Made by a program: the position numbers and the translations under genes | Shown: positions 14,582 through 28,051 of the stretch, piece by piece | How positions within the stretch are numbered: position 1 is the first letter of the stretch | Layout: each line of letters opens with the position of its first letter | Assembly (NCBI RefSeq): GCF_964213995.1 | Contig: NW_027590302.1 | Location: 62,001-126,000 of the forward strand | Origin: Mustelus asterias | Taxonomy: Eukaryota | Reading direction: 5' to 3' | DNA length: 64,000 bases | Notes under the pieces: generated by a model | What the model was told of the DNA's origin: nothing | What the model saw: only the letters and a program-made list of their open reading frames with translations | Databases searched by the model: none

Positions 14582-15994
14582 ATTGCCAGACTCCAGTCGA
14601 ATTGTTATTGTGTGACAACAACTGTTTCTTTTTTCAACAGAGGAGTTAAAGAGCAGCGAAAAGATGAAAAACACTGATGTTGCAGGCACCTGGCACCAGA
14701 AGCTCAGCAATGTGCATTGTAATAGCAGTGGAAGTGGCTGACAAATTGTCCTCTCGATTCGTACTTTGTGAGAAATTTAAACAAAATGCCCTTCAGCAAA
14801 TCAACCATCAGCATTTGCAAATTAAAGCCGAGTTTTGAACTGCAGGCTGAAAATGGTCGTTCAATACCTGTGCCAATTTGAACAGCAGAGTGAAATATCA
14901 GCCCCAAATGCACAATCCCATCAAAAACTCACAGCAATTCATATTTACTTTACCCTTGCTGGTTCCTCCTGAAAAAAATGAGTAAGCTATCTTCAATAAG
15001 CTATCTTCAACTGCATTAAATTTCACTGTAGCTCACCACGTTCGAGGAATGTTGGCATCGAAGTGTTATAAACCTGAGTGTGGTAAAAATTCTGAACAAC
15101 ATCAGCTTGTTACAGATCTGCTTTGGTCATACTGGAAGCTAGTGTGAAAATATGAACAATTCCATATCTTAACAGACTGGAAGGAGTGGGTGACTGTGTT
15201 TAGTTGGCACTATGCACATTCCTGTAATCCGTGACTGCGAGAATCAGGAAAATTACATCCTGCTGGTCTCGTGGCTAGTGTTCGGTGCTTTCGGGGTCAC
15301 AGGCTGGCTTCGATGCACTAAGACTTAATGTTTTTGATAAACAAACTGTAATACTTCCTGGTCCAAAGCCGCTCTGCCAGAAACGGTGGAGTGAGGTTTG
15401 TAGTTTTGCTTCCGAGTTGGAAATGTCACATGGACAAAAGGTCAAAAAGAAACACAGATAGTGAAGGACAGAGATAGGATGGAAAGCGCTGACGATGGAG
15501 ATGGTGACACTAGGTAAAATCTGGTTGATAATGGGTCAGAATTAACCGTTTGCATTGGCACAAATGTCACTCATTTCTGGATAAAAATATCGGGCTAAAT
15601 GATAAGAAAACTTCTCGCTGAATGAAGCACAAAACTATTTGACTTCGACTGATTGCAAGCAGTTTTCATTCAGAAAGAAGTAACTGTGGGATTAACAAAG
15701 CGGGATGGAGAAAGTCTCAGTTTGAGCGGTGAAATTGCCGGAGGAATGGAGAGCTGGAGTTCACCCATAAAAGCAGCAAAGTATAAAATATTGGGAACCA
15801 CCCAATGTTGCCCTTGTCCATCATTCCTTGTGTCAGTTAACCCATCGTGTTATGCTCTCTATCACAGACCTCCCCTTTTAATCTCTTTACTGAGTGATTC
15901 CCATTTTAAATGCCACAAGACCTCAACCGTTCAATCAATGTTTCGTGAAAAGCAAGAATAAATCTGAATCATTTGAAATTAACCCATTTCGGAA

Positions 15995-16068
15995 TGTTTT
16001 TGCTCGGTCTTGACCCGGGGACCGGTGCGCATGTGAGGCAAACATGGTAACGACTGCACTACAGAAAC
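15995..16068 (-). pseudogene. Degenerate tRNA-Val(CAC)-like
   Basis: gtttctgtagtgcagtcgttaccatgtttgcctcacatgcg...ccccgggtcaagaccgagcaaaaaca. Confidence 0.6.
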
Positions 16069-17615
16069 TTTGCGATGGATGACTTGAAGCAGACCCGGTT
16101 TACTTGTGGAGCAACTAAACTCGTTCCACAAGCCCGTCAGTTGCTCACTTTACATTCTCTCTGCCGGTTTCTCTAATCAAAATGAATGATGACACATTCT
16201 GCTGCATTCAATTTTAATAATCACATGTTTGATCAAAGTTCGTAACGTTTCAAGTAATTTAAGTGAAAATCTGACATTGGGAGAATTTGATCACACGCCT
16301 CCACAAATGTCGCTATCCTAAATTTAGTGCCTTAAACTTCCTATCAACGACACCAACAGAAGTCATTGCTGTCGGAACTAGTATTGGCAGTGAACAGAAT
16401 CATTGGAGTTGGATTAGATCACATGTCCCATTGAGTCTCCTCCGCCATTACAATCAACCCGAGTTCAACAACGGCCTCATTTCAGAATCAATTCAATTAA
16501 ACTTGATTCCACCCAGACAGGGAGAGAATAGGAGGAACAAAAACAGAAGAGGGAAATGGATAGTTAGACTGAGAGAGGGAAGGACTGAGGCAGATCTATC
16601 GACAGAAAGATCACTGTCATGTCGCGTCTCTTCCTGTTTCTGTCGCTGCCCCACATCCAGCTCCCTCTGGCTATCCAGCTCCCAGGGTCAATTAGCTGCT
16701 TGATAAAGACACAGACAGTTGGTGAACCCGAGCTTTAACTGGAAAGCAGGGAAAGCGAATGTATGCCACACGGCATTAAGAGGAGATGGAGTTTAGAGAT
16801 GACTGTACAAAGAGACACAGATATCTCATCTTCCTGATCCAGTTACTGATTACATTAGAGTTACTGATTGCAGGAATGTACACAGTGCGAATTATCCACT
16901 GTCACGCTCTCCTTCCAGCCTTGAGCACGGAGTTAAGTTTAGAAGTGTTTGTATCTTGCTACAGTAATTCAGGGTTTTGTTGAGGCCACATTTGGAATAG
17001 TGTACGCAGTTTGGATCCCCGCATTTTAGACAGAATAAAAGCAAAATCTGATGATGCTGGAATCTGAATCAAAAACTGAAAATGCTGGAAAATCTCAACA
17101 GCTTTCACGAGAAAGAATAGGTACCATTGAAAAGCTGAGGCATTATTTTTTCCTGATCCAGGAATCTAAAACACGGGAGCACAATCTCAGGATAAGGCGC
17201 TGATGATTTAGGAGTGCGATGAGGAGAATTTGCTTCACTCAAAGCCTCGTGAATCTTCGGAATTCTCCAGCCAGAGGGTTCTGATGCTCCATCCTTGAAC
17301 ATATTTCACTCTGGGTTAGACAGATTTATGATCTATCCAAGAATGAATGGAAGCAGGGATATGGAATTGGAACAAATGCTCAGCCAAAAGTCCATGTTTC
17401 GATTGTAATTTTTAAGTTTAATGGAATAATGGAAGCATGTATATAATTTTGTATGTAATATGTGTAAAGTCAATCGTCATTGAATAATGTTGGTAACACC
17501 AGATAACAGTACAGCCGGTCACAATTGAGAACTATTTTTATTGACGCCCACAAACTCATTGCCAACACGCAACTGTTTGCCTGTGAATGCTGATGGTGAG
17601 AAAATAGCAACATTC

Positions 17616-17690
17616 CGCTTCTGGGTGGTATCGAACCACCAACCTCCACAGTTAACAGTCGACGGCGCTGACCAATTGCGCCACAGAGAC
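17616..17690 (-). pseudogene. tRNA-Asn(GTT)-like, anticodon stem broken
   Basis: GTCTCTGTGGCGCAATTGGTCAGCGC...CTGTTAAC...GGTTGGTGGTTCGATACCACCCAG. Confidence 0.7.
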
Positions 17691-18627
17691 TGCAGCAGCT
17701 GTTACATGTATTCTAAACTAGTGTGTCAATGACCACAATTCTATTTCTGCAAAGCCTGTTCCAGAACTGCAGCATGACCGCACTGTTTACAATTCTATAC
17801 AAGTCTCTTTAGTTCCGTTGATCCCGCAGCACTGCTGTAGCGTGTTGGTTATTCCCTTTCTCCTATGAACGTGCAGGTAAAATGAATCCATGTCTCTTAT
17901 CACAGGGAGGAATTCAACAGGAGGGAATGGAACTGAAAACCAGACCCCCAGCGAACCAATGCTTTCCACTCAATCATCAATAACACCATTCTCAGCTGCA
18001 CCTCCTTCCAAATATTTTGATCCATTTCCCTCACGATTTGTTCCAAGAGTTAATATTGCCCTTGGTTTCTCCTAATTTTGATATAAGATTCACGTCAATA
18101 TACAACACAAATGGAATTGCAAACCTGAGGGCGAACCATGGGAAACAAGTCACTGCGTAACACAAATCCCATGGTGCTCATTTCCCGATTCACAACACTC
18201 AGTTTTTCAACCAAATGGAGGAATTTATCACTGAAAAGTTTTGGAAAGTTCGTGTGAATTTTGTTTGCGAATCACTCGTGTGTTGTGTAAATGCTTCTCG
18301 AAGGTTTAGTGAGCCGGACATGATATATCTGCGTTTTGCTGAGCTTGTGTTCGGTTTATGGGGAGGTTTGAACGGAAATAGACCTTGTGTCCCAGGGATG
18401 GGCAGTAACCCGCTGATTGAAGCTGCAATCGCCGCTTTCTGCTGGCGATTGGAGACTGCGGGATAAAATCCTGCTGCTTCTCCCTGTCTCACTCACTGTG
18501 GAGCCGGGAAAAAAAATCAGCGATGGATTTGTTTCCCTGTCTGAAATGTGGCCTCGAATAACTGTTATTCACGGAGGTAACGCTGCGGTAACCTTTAATA
18601 ATCTGACACAAACGATTCAAACGCACT

Positions 18628-18722
18628 GCTCCAGTGGCGCAATCGGTTAGCGCGCGGTACTTATACAGCAGTGCAGGCAGCGGGCTATGCCGAGGTTGTG
18701 AGTTCGAGCCTCACCTGGAGCA
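18628..18722 (+). tRNA. tRNA-Ile(TAT) with 21-nt intron (18666-18686)
   Basis: GCTCCAGTGGCGCAATCGGTTAGCGCGCGGTACTTATA[intron]ATGCCGAGGTTGTGAGTTCGAGCCTCACCTGGAGCA, followed by TTTT. Confidence 0.93.
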
Positions 18723-19669
18723 GTTGTTTTAGGTGAGACGATCGTCCAGTGGTGTGATCCCTCGACCAGCTAATATTCTTGGGACGGCCAGGGCAGCCAG
18801 TGGAGTTTGAATACAATAAATAAGATTGGAATAAAAATCCACTGATGGCCATCAAACAACATCCATTGTTGCTAAAAATCATGATTCACTCATGTCCGTC
18901 GTGGAAGGAAATCTGCAGTTGTTCGATGGTCTGGCCGACACATGACTCCAGAGCCACAGCAAAGTGGTTGCCCCTCAACTGGGGATGGGCAATAAATGCT
19001 GATCAGCGGTGCTTCTGTTCAACGAACGAAAGGAAGATCCGGAATGTGCAGGTTTGAGAGAAGCTTTCTGAACCGTCAGAGCTGGAAACGGGAGTCAGTG
19101 AAAAGTATTGCGTTTGTGTGTGCACAGATGGATGGGGAAATGTAACATGCAGTGTAAAATACTCTGTTGAGTTAATTTTCAACAATAAATTCTCACTCTG
19201 AGTTTAAACCAACGTACAGGTGCATCTGCATTCGCGCCTTTCTGCTGTCAGCGGGTGATTGGAGACTGCGGGTTAAAATCCTGCTGCTTGTCCCTGTCTC
19301 CAATGTGGAGCCGGAGAAGAGAGAATCATTGTTGGGTTTGTTTCCCCATCTGAAACGTGGCTTCGCCTTTAATAATCACAAACAAATCAAAAGCAATCAG
19401 CCGGACTGTGCAGGTTTGAGGGAAGCTTTCTGACCATTCAGAGTTGGAAAGGAGAGTCTGCGAAAAATGTTCTGTCGGGTTTGAATACGGAACTGTGAAG
19501 GGGAAGGGGAAGTGTAACACAGTATAAAATACAGTATTCAGTTAATATTCAGCAATAAACGTGAATTATTGCTCATTTCCTCACTCTGAGGTTAAAAGTA
19601 TACTTCCGCCCGCTTTCCAACAGGGAATCTTTGGTTCGGTGAATGTGTAATCAGGACATGACAGAAACG

Positions 19670-20930
19670 ATGCGTTCCCTCCACCCTGGGAGCCTTGGAT
19701 GAAACTGTACCAGAGGTCATCATTGCAGATATCGGAGCAGCTTTCTCGAAGTTCAACCCACTGAAAGCGACTGGCCCGGATGGGGTACCCGGATGTGAAC
19801 GCAGATCCTGCGTGGATCAGCTGGCGGGGGTATTCGCAGACATCTTCAACCTCTCTTTACTTCTGCTTCAAGAAGACAACCATCATCCCACTACCAAAGA
19901 AAATCCAAGCAGCGTGCCTGAATGAATACTGTCTGATGGCTCTGACATCCATCATTATGAAGTGCTTCGAAGGCTAGTCATAGCACGAATCAATTCCAGC
20001 CTCCAGGGCTGCCTGGGTCCACTACAGTTCGTCTACCGCCGCAACAGGTCCACAGCAGACACCATCTCCCTGGCCCTGCACTCAACCCTGGCACACCGAG
20101 ATAACAAAAACGCCTATGTCAGACTCCTATTTATTGACTACAGCTCAGCCTTATTCCGACGAAACGCATCTCCAAACTCCATGGCCTTGACCTCGGCCCT
20201 TCCCTCTGCGACTGGATCCTGAACTTCCTAACCCACAGGACACTATCAGTAAGGATAGACAACAGCACCTCCTCCACGGTCATCCTCAACACTGGTGCCC
20301 CACCAGGTCGTGTTCCCAGCCCCCTCCTACAGTCCTGATATATCCATGACTGTGTGGCCAAATTCCCCTCCAATTCGATTTTCAAGTTGGCTGGCGACAC
20401 CACCATAGTGGGTCTGATATCAGATAATGAGGAGACAGAGTACAAGAATGAGATAGAGAAGCTGGTGAAATTGGCCCGGCGACAATAATTTCTCCCTCAA
20501 TGTCAACAAAACGAATGAGATTGTCCTCGACCTCAGGAAGCGTAGAGGAGAAATTGCCCCTGTCTACATCAACGGAGACGAAGTAGAAAGGGTCGAGAGC
20601 TTCAAGTTTTTAGGTCTCCAGATCACTAACAACCTGTCCTGGTCGCCCCATGCTGACACTATAGTTAAGAAAGCCAAACAACGCCTCTACTTTCTCAGAA
20701 GACTAAGGAAATTTGGCATGTCAGCTACGACTCTCACCTACGTTTGCAGATGCACCATAGAAAGCATTCTTTCTGGTTGTATCACATTTTGGTATGGCTC
20801 CTGCTCTACCCTGGACCGCAAGGAACTACAAAGGGTCGTGAACGTAGCTCAGATCATCACGCAAACTTGCCTCCCATCCATTGGCTCTTCCCGCTGCCTC
20901 GGCAAAGCAGCCAGTATAATTAAGAACCCA
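19670..20930 (+). mobile_element. Rex1/Babar-like LINE reverse-transcriptase fragment, degraded
   Basis: KATGPDGVPG..DQLAGVFADIFNLSL, KTTIIPLPKK, LTSIIMKCFE, YVRLLFIDYSSA, TIESILSGCIT.WYG motifs over broken ORFs. Confidence 0.85.
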
Positions 20931-22074
20931 CGCAAGGTTCTAAATAGCAATCAGACTGCACGGTTTGATATCCTAGGCCGGTCACATTGATCATGAGCAG
21001 AGTTTCTATAGTGTGAGGCTTATCATATAGGATAGACTGTCCGATTCGAAACAGGGTCGAACATGATCGAAATTTACTGCTTGAAAGTTCCCAGATTGTA
21101 TTTCGTTGTTGAATATGAACTGAATATGGATCCAACAAAATATTTTTTTTTCCAATTATTGGAAAGAAAATGCGCTCAGTAAAATCGCCACAGTCATATT
21201 TCTGCTTTCACTCTCTCACTCGCGGTGCAGTTGATGTCGGTCAGATGGATGAGCCATGGTAAATGTGTGAGGATAAGTGGGTTAGAATGGCGACAAGTGT
21301 CTTGGTCAGGCACTCTGGACCTACATTCTCTGGGTCAGGTGCCAGCCATTTATGACTGAGGTAAGGAGACATTTCTTCTCCCAAACGCTTGTGTATCTTT
21401 AGAATTGTGCAGCTGCCCAGAGGTACGTGGATCCTCAGTCGCTGAGGATATTGAAGGTTGAGTTGGAGTGATTTTGGAATCTAAGGGAATGAAGACCTTA
21501 TTGGTATAAGCTGGGAAATTGGGGTTGAGGTTGCGGATCTGCCTTATTTCTGTCGTGGAGGAGGCTCAATGGGACATGTCGTCCAGTTTTCTTTCATTGA
21601 TTCTGTTCACTGTCAATATCAGTTCCGGTACCAATGGATTCTGCTGACAGCATTCAAGTCTCAGGTCCTGAATTCAAGGCAGTCGCGTTAGTTAAAGCGC
21701 GTGATCGAAGCCCATCACTGCTAAATGTTCAATTAATTAACTTCATGGAGTAAATTTGATTTGATTTATTATTGTCACATGCATTAGCATACAGCGGAAA
21801 GTATTTTTCTTGTGCGCTACACAGCCAAAGCATATCATTCATCGAGAAGGAAACGAGAGAGTGCAGAACGTACTGTTACAGTCATAGTTTGGGTGTAGAG
21901 AAAGATCAATTTAATGCAAGGTAGGTCGTGCATGTTATCACACGAATTCTACGCAGTAGATTGTATCGTTAAACATTTTAACAGGAGGTACGAGCAGACA
22001 CAATGCAAATATAAATTGCTGTCGGTAATTGACGTGTTTGTGGAGCCAGTTTCCTTACATCATTGCATCGCAGC

Positions 22075-22147
22075 GTTTCTGTAGTGTGGTACTTATCACG
22101 GTCGCCGTACACATGCAAATTTCCTGGTTCAATCCTGAGCAGAAACT
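22075..22147 (+). pseudogene. Degenerate tRNA-Val-like (paralog of 7508)
   Basis: gtttctgtagtgtggtacttatcacggtcgcc...ggttcaatcctgagcagaaac. Confidence 0.55.
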
Positions 22148-22703
22148 TATTAAACAGGAATAGAAAATGGTGGAAAATCTCAGCAGGATTGACAACCTCT
22201 GTGAGGAAACAAACGTTTCAAATCTGGATGACCCTTCATCAGATTTCCTGATTCGACACATTGGCTCTGTTCTCTCTTCACAGATGCTGTCAGACCTGCT
22301 GAGATTTTCAAGTACTTTTTTTTGTGTTTCATGTTCCAGCATGAGCAGTATTTCACCTTTACAGAAACATTTCCAAATGTTTTCAATTTCAGAGTAACTC
22401 AGCTTTCAGAAATAATCACGCATTTGCCACGGAACATTAACTGACCTGCCGAGTATTTCCAACATTTTCTGATGGTAACGCCATGAATCAACCTGTGAAA
22501 AGAACAAAACGGATGTTCTGTGATATAAAGCAAGGGAGGATGTAAACATAAATTGCCGGGGACAATTGACGGGATTGTGCAAATGGGTTTATTTTGTTTC
22601 TCCAGGGAGCTCAAACTGGCACAATGATCACTTCTGTTATCGATCAGGAAGTAATTTCAGCCCCTCCTAAATCATGTGCTGGGCGGCAGCTATAAAATCA
22701 ACA

Positions 22704-22775
22704 TTCCCTGACCGGGAATCGAACCCGGGCCGCGGCGGTGAAAGCGCCAAATCCTAACCACTAGACCACCAGGGA
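22704..22775 (-). tRNA. tRNA-Glu(TTC)
   Basis: TCCCTGGTGGTCTAGTGGTTAGGATTTGGCGCTTTCACCGCCGCGGCCCGGGTTCGATTCCCGGTCAGGGAA. Confidence 0.92.
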
Positions 22776-23404
22776 AGATGGGAGCAAATGCTTTCATCTG
22801 ACTGGTGCATTGTAGCGTTTTTCAAATACTCAAGAAAGGATTGTCGGAAAAAAAAACCCTCATGTTTAGATAGAACACCAATGATTCCTTCAGCGAACAG
22901 CAAATTACTGCAGATGCTGGAACTTAAAAGAAAAACTTAAAATGCTGTAAAATCTCAACAGGCATGACGGCATCTCTGGAGAGAGAATAGAGCCAACATT
23001 TCAAATCTGTATGGTCAGTCATCAAAGATGAAGACAGTAAAGGAGGACGAGATTTACACTTTAAGTGTGGGAGATACGGGGGGTGAGGGTGGGAGCCGTG
23101 CGTAAGAGTTGACAAAGTTGTGATAGACAAAAAAAACGGAATGTAAATGGTGGCGGTAAAAGCAAAATACTGCGGATGCTGGAATCTGAAACAAAAACAG
23201 ACAATGCTGGAACATCTCAACAGGTCTTCTGACTCCGCAGTCAGAAATTCAGCCTGTGTGTGCTCTCGAAAGGAGCCACTTGCACACACGCTGCTTTACC
23301 CCAGCAACTTTTTCAGTTGGTCATGTGTCTGCTCGTTGTTCCTGACAAAAACGACACGGCACACACTCCTGTATTCAAACTGAGCTGTTAGGCCAAATTC
23401 ATGC

Positions 23405-23486
23405 TCGCAGCAGTGGGATTCGAACCCACAACTCCGTAGAGCCTGGAGCCTTAATCCAGCACCTTAGACCGCTCGGCCGCGCTACC
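23405..23486 (-). pseudogene. tRNA-Leu(AAG), probably defective copy
   Basis: Paralog of 10191 with U8->C, a terminal acceptor mismatch and variable-arm changes. Confidence 0.7.
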
Positions 23487-25544
23487 ACGTTGCAACGCAT
23501 CACGATCATGTTATTTAATGATAATGTTACCGAAATTCATTAAACGCAATGGACCTTGGAAAGGCCATCAGGAGGAAGGAGCCTGCTCCGTCACTGATTC
23601 AGGTAAGTCTGAACTGCGAAACAAACAGAAATCATCTCACGTCAGAGACACAATGAGCTGCAGTGAAGGGCCGGCATCATTTAAACTGTCCATCAGCTCG
23701 TCTCTTCCCAATTTCCTGCCAGAAATGACAACGGAACCTCCTGTTGAATTTGCACAGAGTCTGCACTTAAGGATCATATTATGTTTTATATGTTCATCCA
23801 GGCAATAACTCACATTTGTTTTCAGAGTTTGGATGGTGGCAATAAATCTTCAATTCCAGACCAGTAATCTAAACAGCAGCGAAAAAGTCAAACTCTAACC
23901 ACCAGCTCACAGCGTGTTTTAGAATTTAAATTATCCAGGCTGCTTTTGTTTTCACGCCAGACCAGTTTCGCCACAAACAGCTTTCTCCTGCAAAATGGCA
24001 ACTTGTGGTTCAACACCAGTGATGTGCTCAGCCAATGATAACATACAACGGACACTCCACTGCATTTATCACTTTTGCTTCCGACTGTTCGGAACCGGAC
24101 AGAAATATTTCCAAATGCTTTTCAATGCAGGGTGAGGGAACAGTTTCATAATTCAGTGTCACTGTAAACAGTAAAATCTGACCCATTACCAGACAGATTT
24201 TACCTTGCAAAAACGTCTCAACCGTTCGTAGTTTGCTGCCTTACACTTTCCTTCTCTTTCTGTATTTATTCTTGAACTGTTGCACATGTGAAATTTCCAG
24301 CTCTGATATAAACTTGCAAACCTCACTCGGCTGATTCTAGTAGACCTGTATTCGATCGGAGAGTAAATCAGATCATTATTGATGGTTTGCTGAGAGCAAA
24401 TAGTCTTATTTTCCTCAGCGGGAATTGAAACAAGTTATCCCATGGGGAGTGTTGAACACAAACACTGAACTACCAGGGAAACTAGTGAACTGTGTTTTTT
24501 AAACTGACTTAACTTATGTCCCTTGCTTATTATTTCTATCTCAGATCTTTTTCACTTGTGACATGTTTCTCCTTCAAAATGTTCTGTTTGGATAGAACAT
24601 AAATGCCTCCTTCAGCTGATGACAACACGGATTGAATTCGTTGGGACATGGAATTGAGGGTGAGGTGAAATAATCCCACAAGCTGCTGAAGCTTAGAAGG
24701 ATGAAGGAGAATCTGATCGAGATATATAAAACTCTAAATGGATTGATAGAGCAAAGGTAGACGAAACGTTTCTTCCTATGGGGCAATGTCGAACAAGAGA
24801 TCACGTCTATAGTTTGAGAGCCGGTACATTGAACACTGAGATGAGGGGGAACTACTGCTCGCAGAGGGTGGTGAATTGGTGGAACTCGCTGCTCCATAGC
24901 GCGGTCGAATCTGAATCGTTCAATGATTTCAAGAAAGGATAGATTTAGTTCTGGTAAAGAAAAATGCATTAAAGGATATGGAGAACAGGTGGAGAGGTGG
25001 ATTTCAGATCAAGGAGAGGTCAACAATGATCTGATTGAATGGTGGAGCAGGACCAAAGGGCTGAATTTGCCGACATCTGCTCCCAATTCCCATGTTCCTA
25101 TGATTCGATGTGTAACGTTCAATTTTCAAGCCCACCAACCTCATCACTGCAGTTCTGTTGAAGTATATGTACAGTACGTCCTCTGCTTCCCCTACACCCA
25201 CAGCACATGTGAGTCGTGCAAGTAACGTTGTAATCGTCTCATTCTGTGGTGTAATCATTCTGTCATTCTCTGTTTCCCTCATTTATTTTCTCCTGGCTTC
25301 CACGCTGCCAGATGTTGTGATGATTCCTCCCTGCTCGATTTCACTTTTTAAAACTTCTTCTATTTCTAAACATTCCCAATGTTAATGAAAGGTCATGGAG
25401 GTGAAGGTTTAACTTTGTTTCCATCTGCACACACGCCGGTTAACTTCCTGAGTTTTTCCAACCTCAACACATTTCAGTGCAGATGTCGGATCCGCTTTTA
25501 CATGGCAGTGAAAATACATTTGGTTGACATGTTATTTGAGAGAT

Positions 25545-25635
25545 GGCTTGATGGACTAGGGGTGTGATTTTCGCTTCGGATGTTAAAATCCGCAAACGTG
25601 CGAGCGGTCCCGGGTTCAAATTGTGGAGCAAGCCT
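25545..25635 (+). pseudogene. Intron-containing tRNA-Pro(CGG)-like, T stem disrupted
   Basis: ggcttgatggactaggggtgtgattttcgcttcgga [18-nt insert 25581-25598] tgcgagcggtcccgggttcaaattgtggagcaagcc. Confidence 0.65.
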
Positions 25636-27312
25636 TTGTTCCGAAATGGACAAGTAGCGGATTCTGTTTGTTTATTTCCCGTGATATGTTGGAATTGGTT
25701 CACATGGGGTAGGACTTGATAACCTGAGCACTGACTGCAAGGCTTCTGTTAGCACAGCACACTCACAGAGAATCTAGACATTTTCAAAAAGTGACAATTT
25801 TTGCGGACATTCACTTAATTCTTATTCACCCAATCAGAGCATCCCATGCTTGTGGGTTCAGAGAGTTGTTGTTTGTATATTGGGTTGTGGGTGTCTGCCT
25901 CACTCTCTGTCCCTCTCTGTTGCTGAAAACCTGTCTCAGACTCTTTCACTCTTTCAGTCTCTCTGTCTGTGCATCGATCACTGTTCCCCCCTTTGCTCTT
26001 TGCTCCCTCTATTCTCTACGTTTAACAAAGGTTCACTGGATTTAATCCTATAATGAGGCAGTTGTTCTGGGAGGAGTGATGCAGTGGGATGAGACTGTTC
26101 TCTCGTTAGATTAGAAAATTGAGAGGTGAGCTGATTGAAACGACTGAAAATGGGGCGACAGTTTGACTTCGGACATGCTGAGACGCCGTTTACCCACCTG
26201 GTTTGAGTGACAAGCAATTTACTGTGAAATTCCCCGAGTCACCACACTCCAGCGCCTTTTCGGGTCAGTGCACCTAACCAGCACCTCTTTCAGACTGTGG
26301 GAGGAAACCCACGCATTCACGGGGAGAACTTGCAAACTCCACACGGGCAGTGACTCAAGCCGGGAATCACAACGACACGGGTCAGTGTCGCTGTGATGAA
26401 GCAGTGCGAACCAGCGTGCCACCCTGCTGCCCAATTAATCTCACGGTTCCTGCTTTCTGAGTTAACCCTATCTCTGCTTCCCCGGCATTCGAAGAGTTTG
26501 TGCTTAATTCAGCGGGAAATTTTCTTCTCATTTTGCGTGAGATTTGAACGAGGATCCGGGAGATTGTGTCTGTGGGAACAACAATCATCCGCAATGTCAT
26601 TCAATCACTCCAGCCTTACATCCTATCACAAGGTCCTAAATAGAGTTCTCTCCCTGTATTTGCCGTAACTTCAGTGTATTTTTTTCTAATTCCATTTGGA
26701 TTAGTTTTCTTTAACTGAACTTTGCCCCCTTACGTAGTTAAAGGGTAGATGTTTTAATTAATAATAAGATACAACAATGTGTCACCCTGTTTGACATGAA
26801 ATAATACAAAATGAGGATTAATCATTTCAAAATACGTTCTTAATTCAATATATATTTTGGAGGGGGTCTACCTCGGGGTGCCATTCACTCACTCATCTGT
26901 CCTAATTTAAACAAGAGGTGGGATGACGAGAGTCCAGATTGCGAAGAGTCACACCATGGAAACGACAGCACTCTGACCTTTGACATTCGGCCTTTCTCCC
27001 AAAAGACATACACACACACGCACACGCACACAGATACACACACACGCTTGCTCAATAATTGCCAGTCTCCAGTCGAATGGTTGTTGGTGTGTAACACCAA
27101 ATGTTCCTTTCTTTCAACAGAGGAGTTAACGAGTAGTGAAAGATTTAAAAAAACACATTGTTGATGCAGGCATCTGTCGCCAGTGGCTCAGCAATGTGCA
27201 GTGTAATAGAAGTTGAACTGGCTGACAAATTGTCACCCCAATTCCTGCTTTGTGAGGAATTTAAACAAAAGGTCCTTCAACAAATCCATCCTCAACAATG
27301 GCAAAGAAGAGC

Positions 27313-27378
27313 AAGGATCCGCCTAAATTTAAATTCGGTTCGCTGGATTCATATGCTCACCATTAGACCAGAGATCCT
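27313..27378 (-). pseudogene. Highly degenerate tRNA-Gln-like
   Basis: Similar to the 28406 tRNA-Gln (cgctggattca...tgctcaccatta) with a deletion. Confidence 0.45.
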
Positions 27379-28051
27379 ACAACAGAGCAGCCAGCTGCTA
27401 TTTGCAGCGATGTTGGGTTTGCTGAAGGGCATTTCATTTTAAATTCGCAGAAAGTGGAAATCTAAACACTGAGGGAAATTTCATCAAATTCCACCGCAGT
27501 CACATTGCAGATGATGCAGCGAATGACTCTCCTGGCGTCATTGCATCAGCCCCAGAGGGCAATTGCTCATGAATACACAGCGCTGAAAGGCAGGGAAGCC
27601 ATAGTGGGCAAGGGGTCCACCTACATGTGGCATTCAGTCACTCATCTGTCCCAATTTAATCAAGAAGTCGGAGCGAGAGGCCAGAGTGCGTTACACCTTA
27701 GAATCGGCAGCACTCTGATCGAAGACAGGAGACTTTTCTACCACAACGCAGACACACACCGCCACACGCACACACACGCGCGCGCGTGCGCACTTACGCA
27801 CGCACACACATGCCGAACTCCAGTCAATTTATTGTTCTCCGACACCAACTGCTTCCCTCTTTCAACTGAGGAGTTAAAGAGTAGCGAAAATATGAAAAGC
27901 ATTGACGTTGCAGGCATCTGGTGCCAGAGGTTCAGCAATGTGCATTGTGATAGTCGTTGAACTGGCTCGTAAATTGTCTTCTCGGTTCGTCCTTTTTAAC
28001 AAATTTAAACAAAATGCCCTTCAGTATATCAATCATCTGTACTTGCAAAAG

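Noticed and set aside
13850-14800. CRISPR-like or other regular repeat-spacer array
   Set aside because: These are diverged ~0.5-0.7-kb subrepeats of the tRNA unit in a vertebrate genome; no constant short repeat with unique spacers
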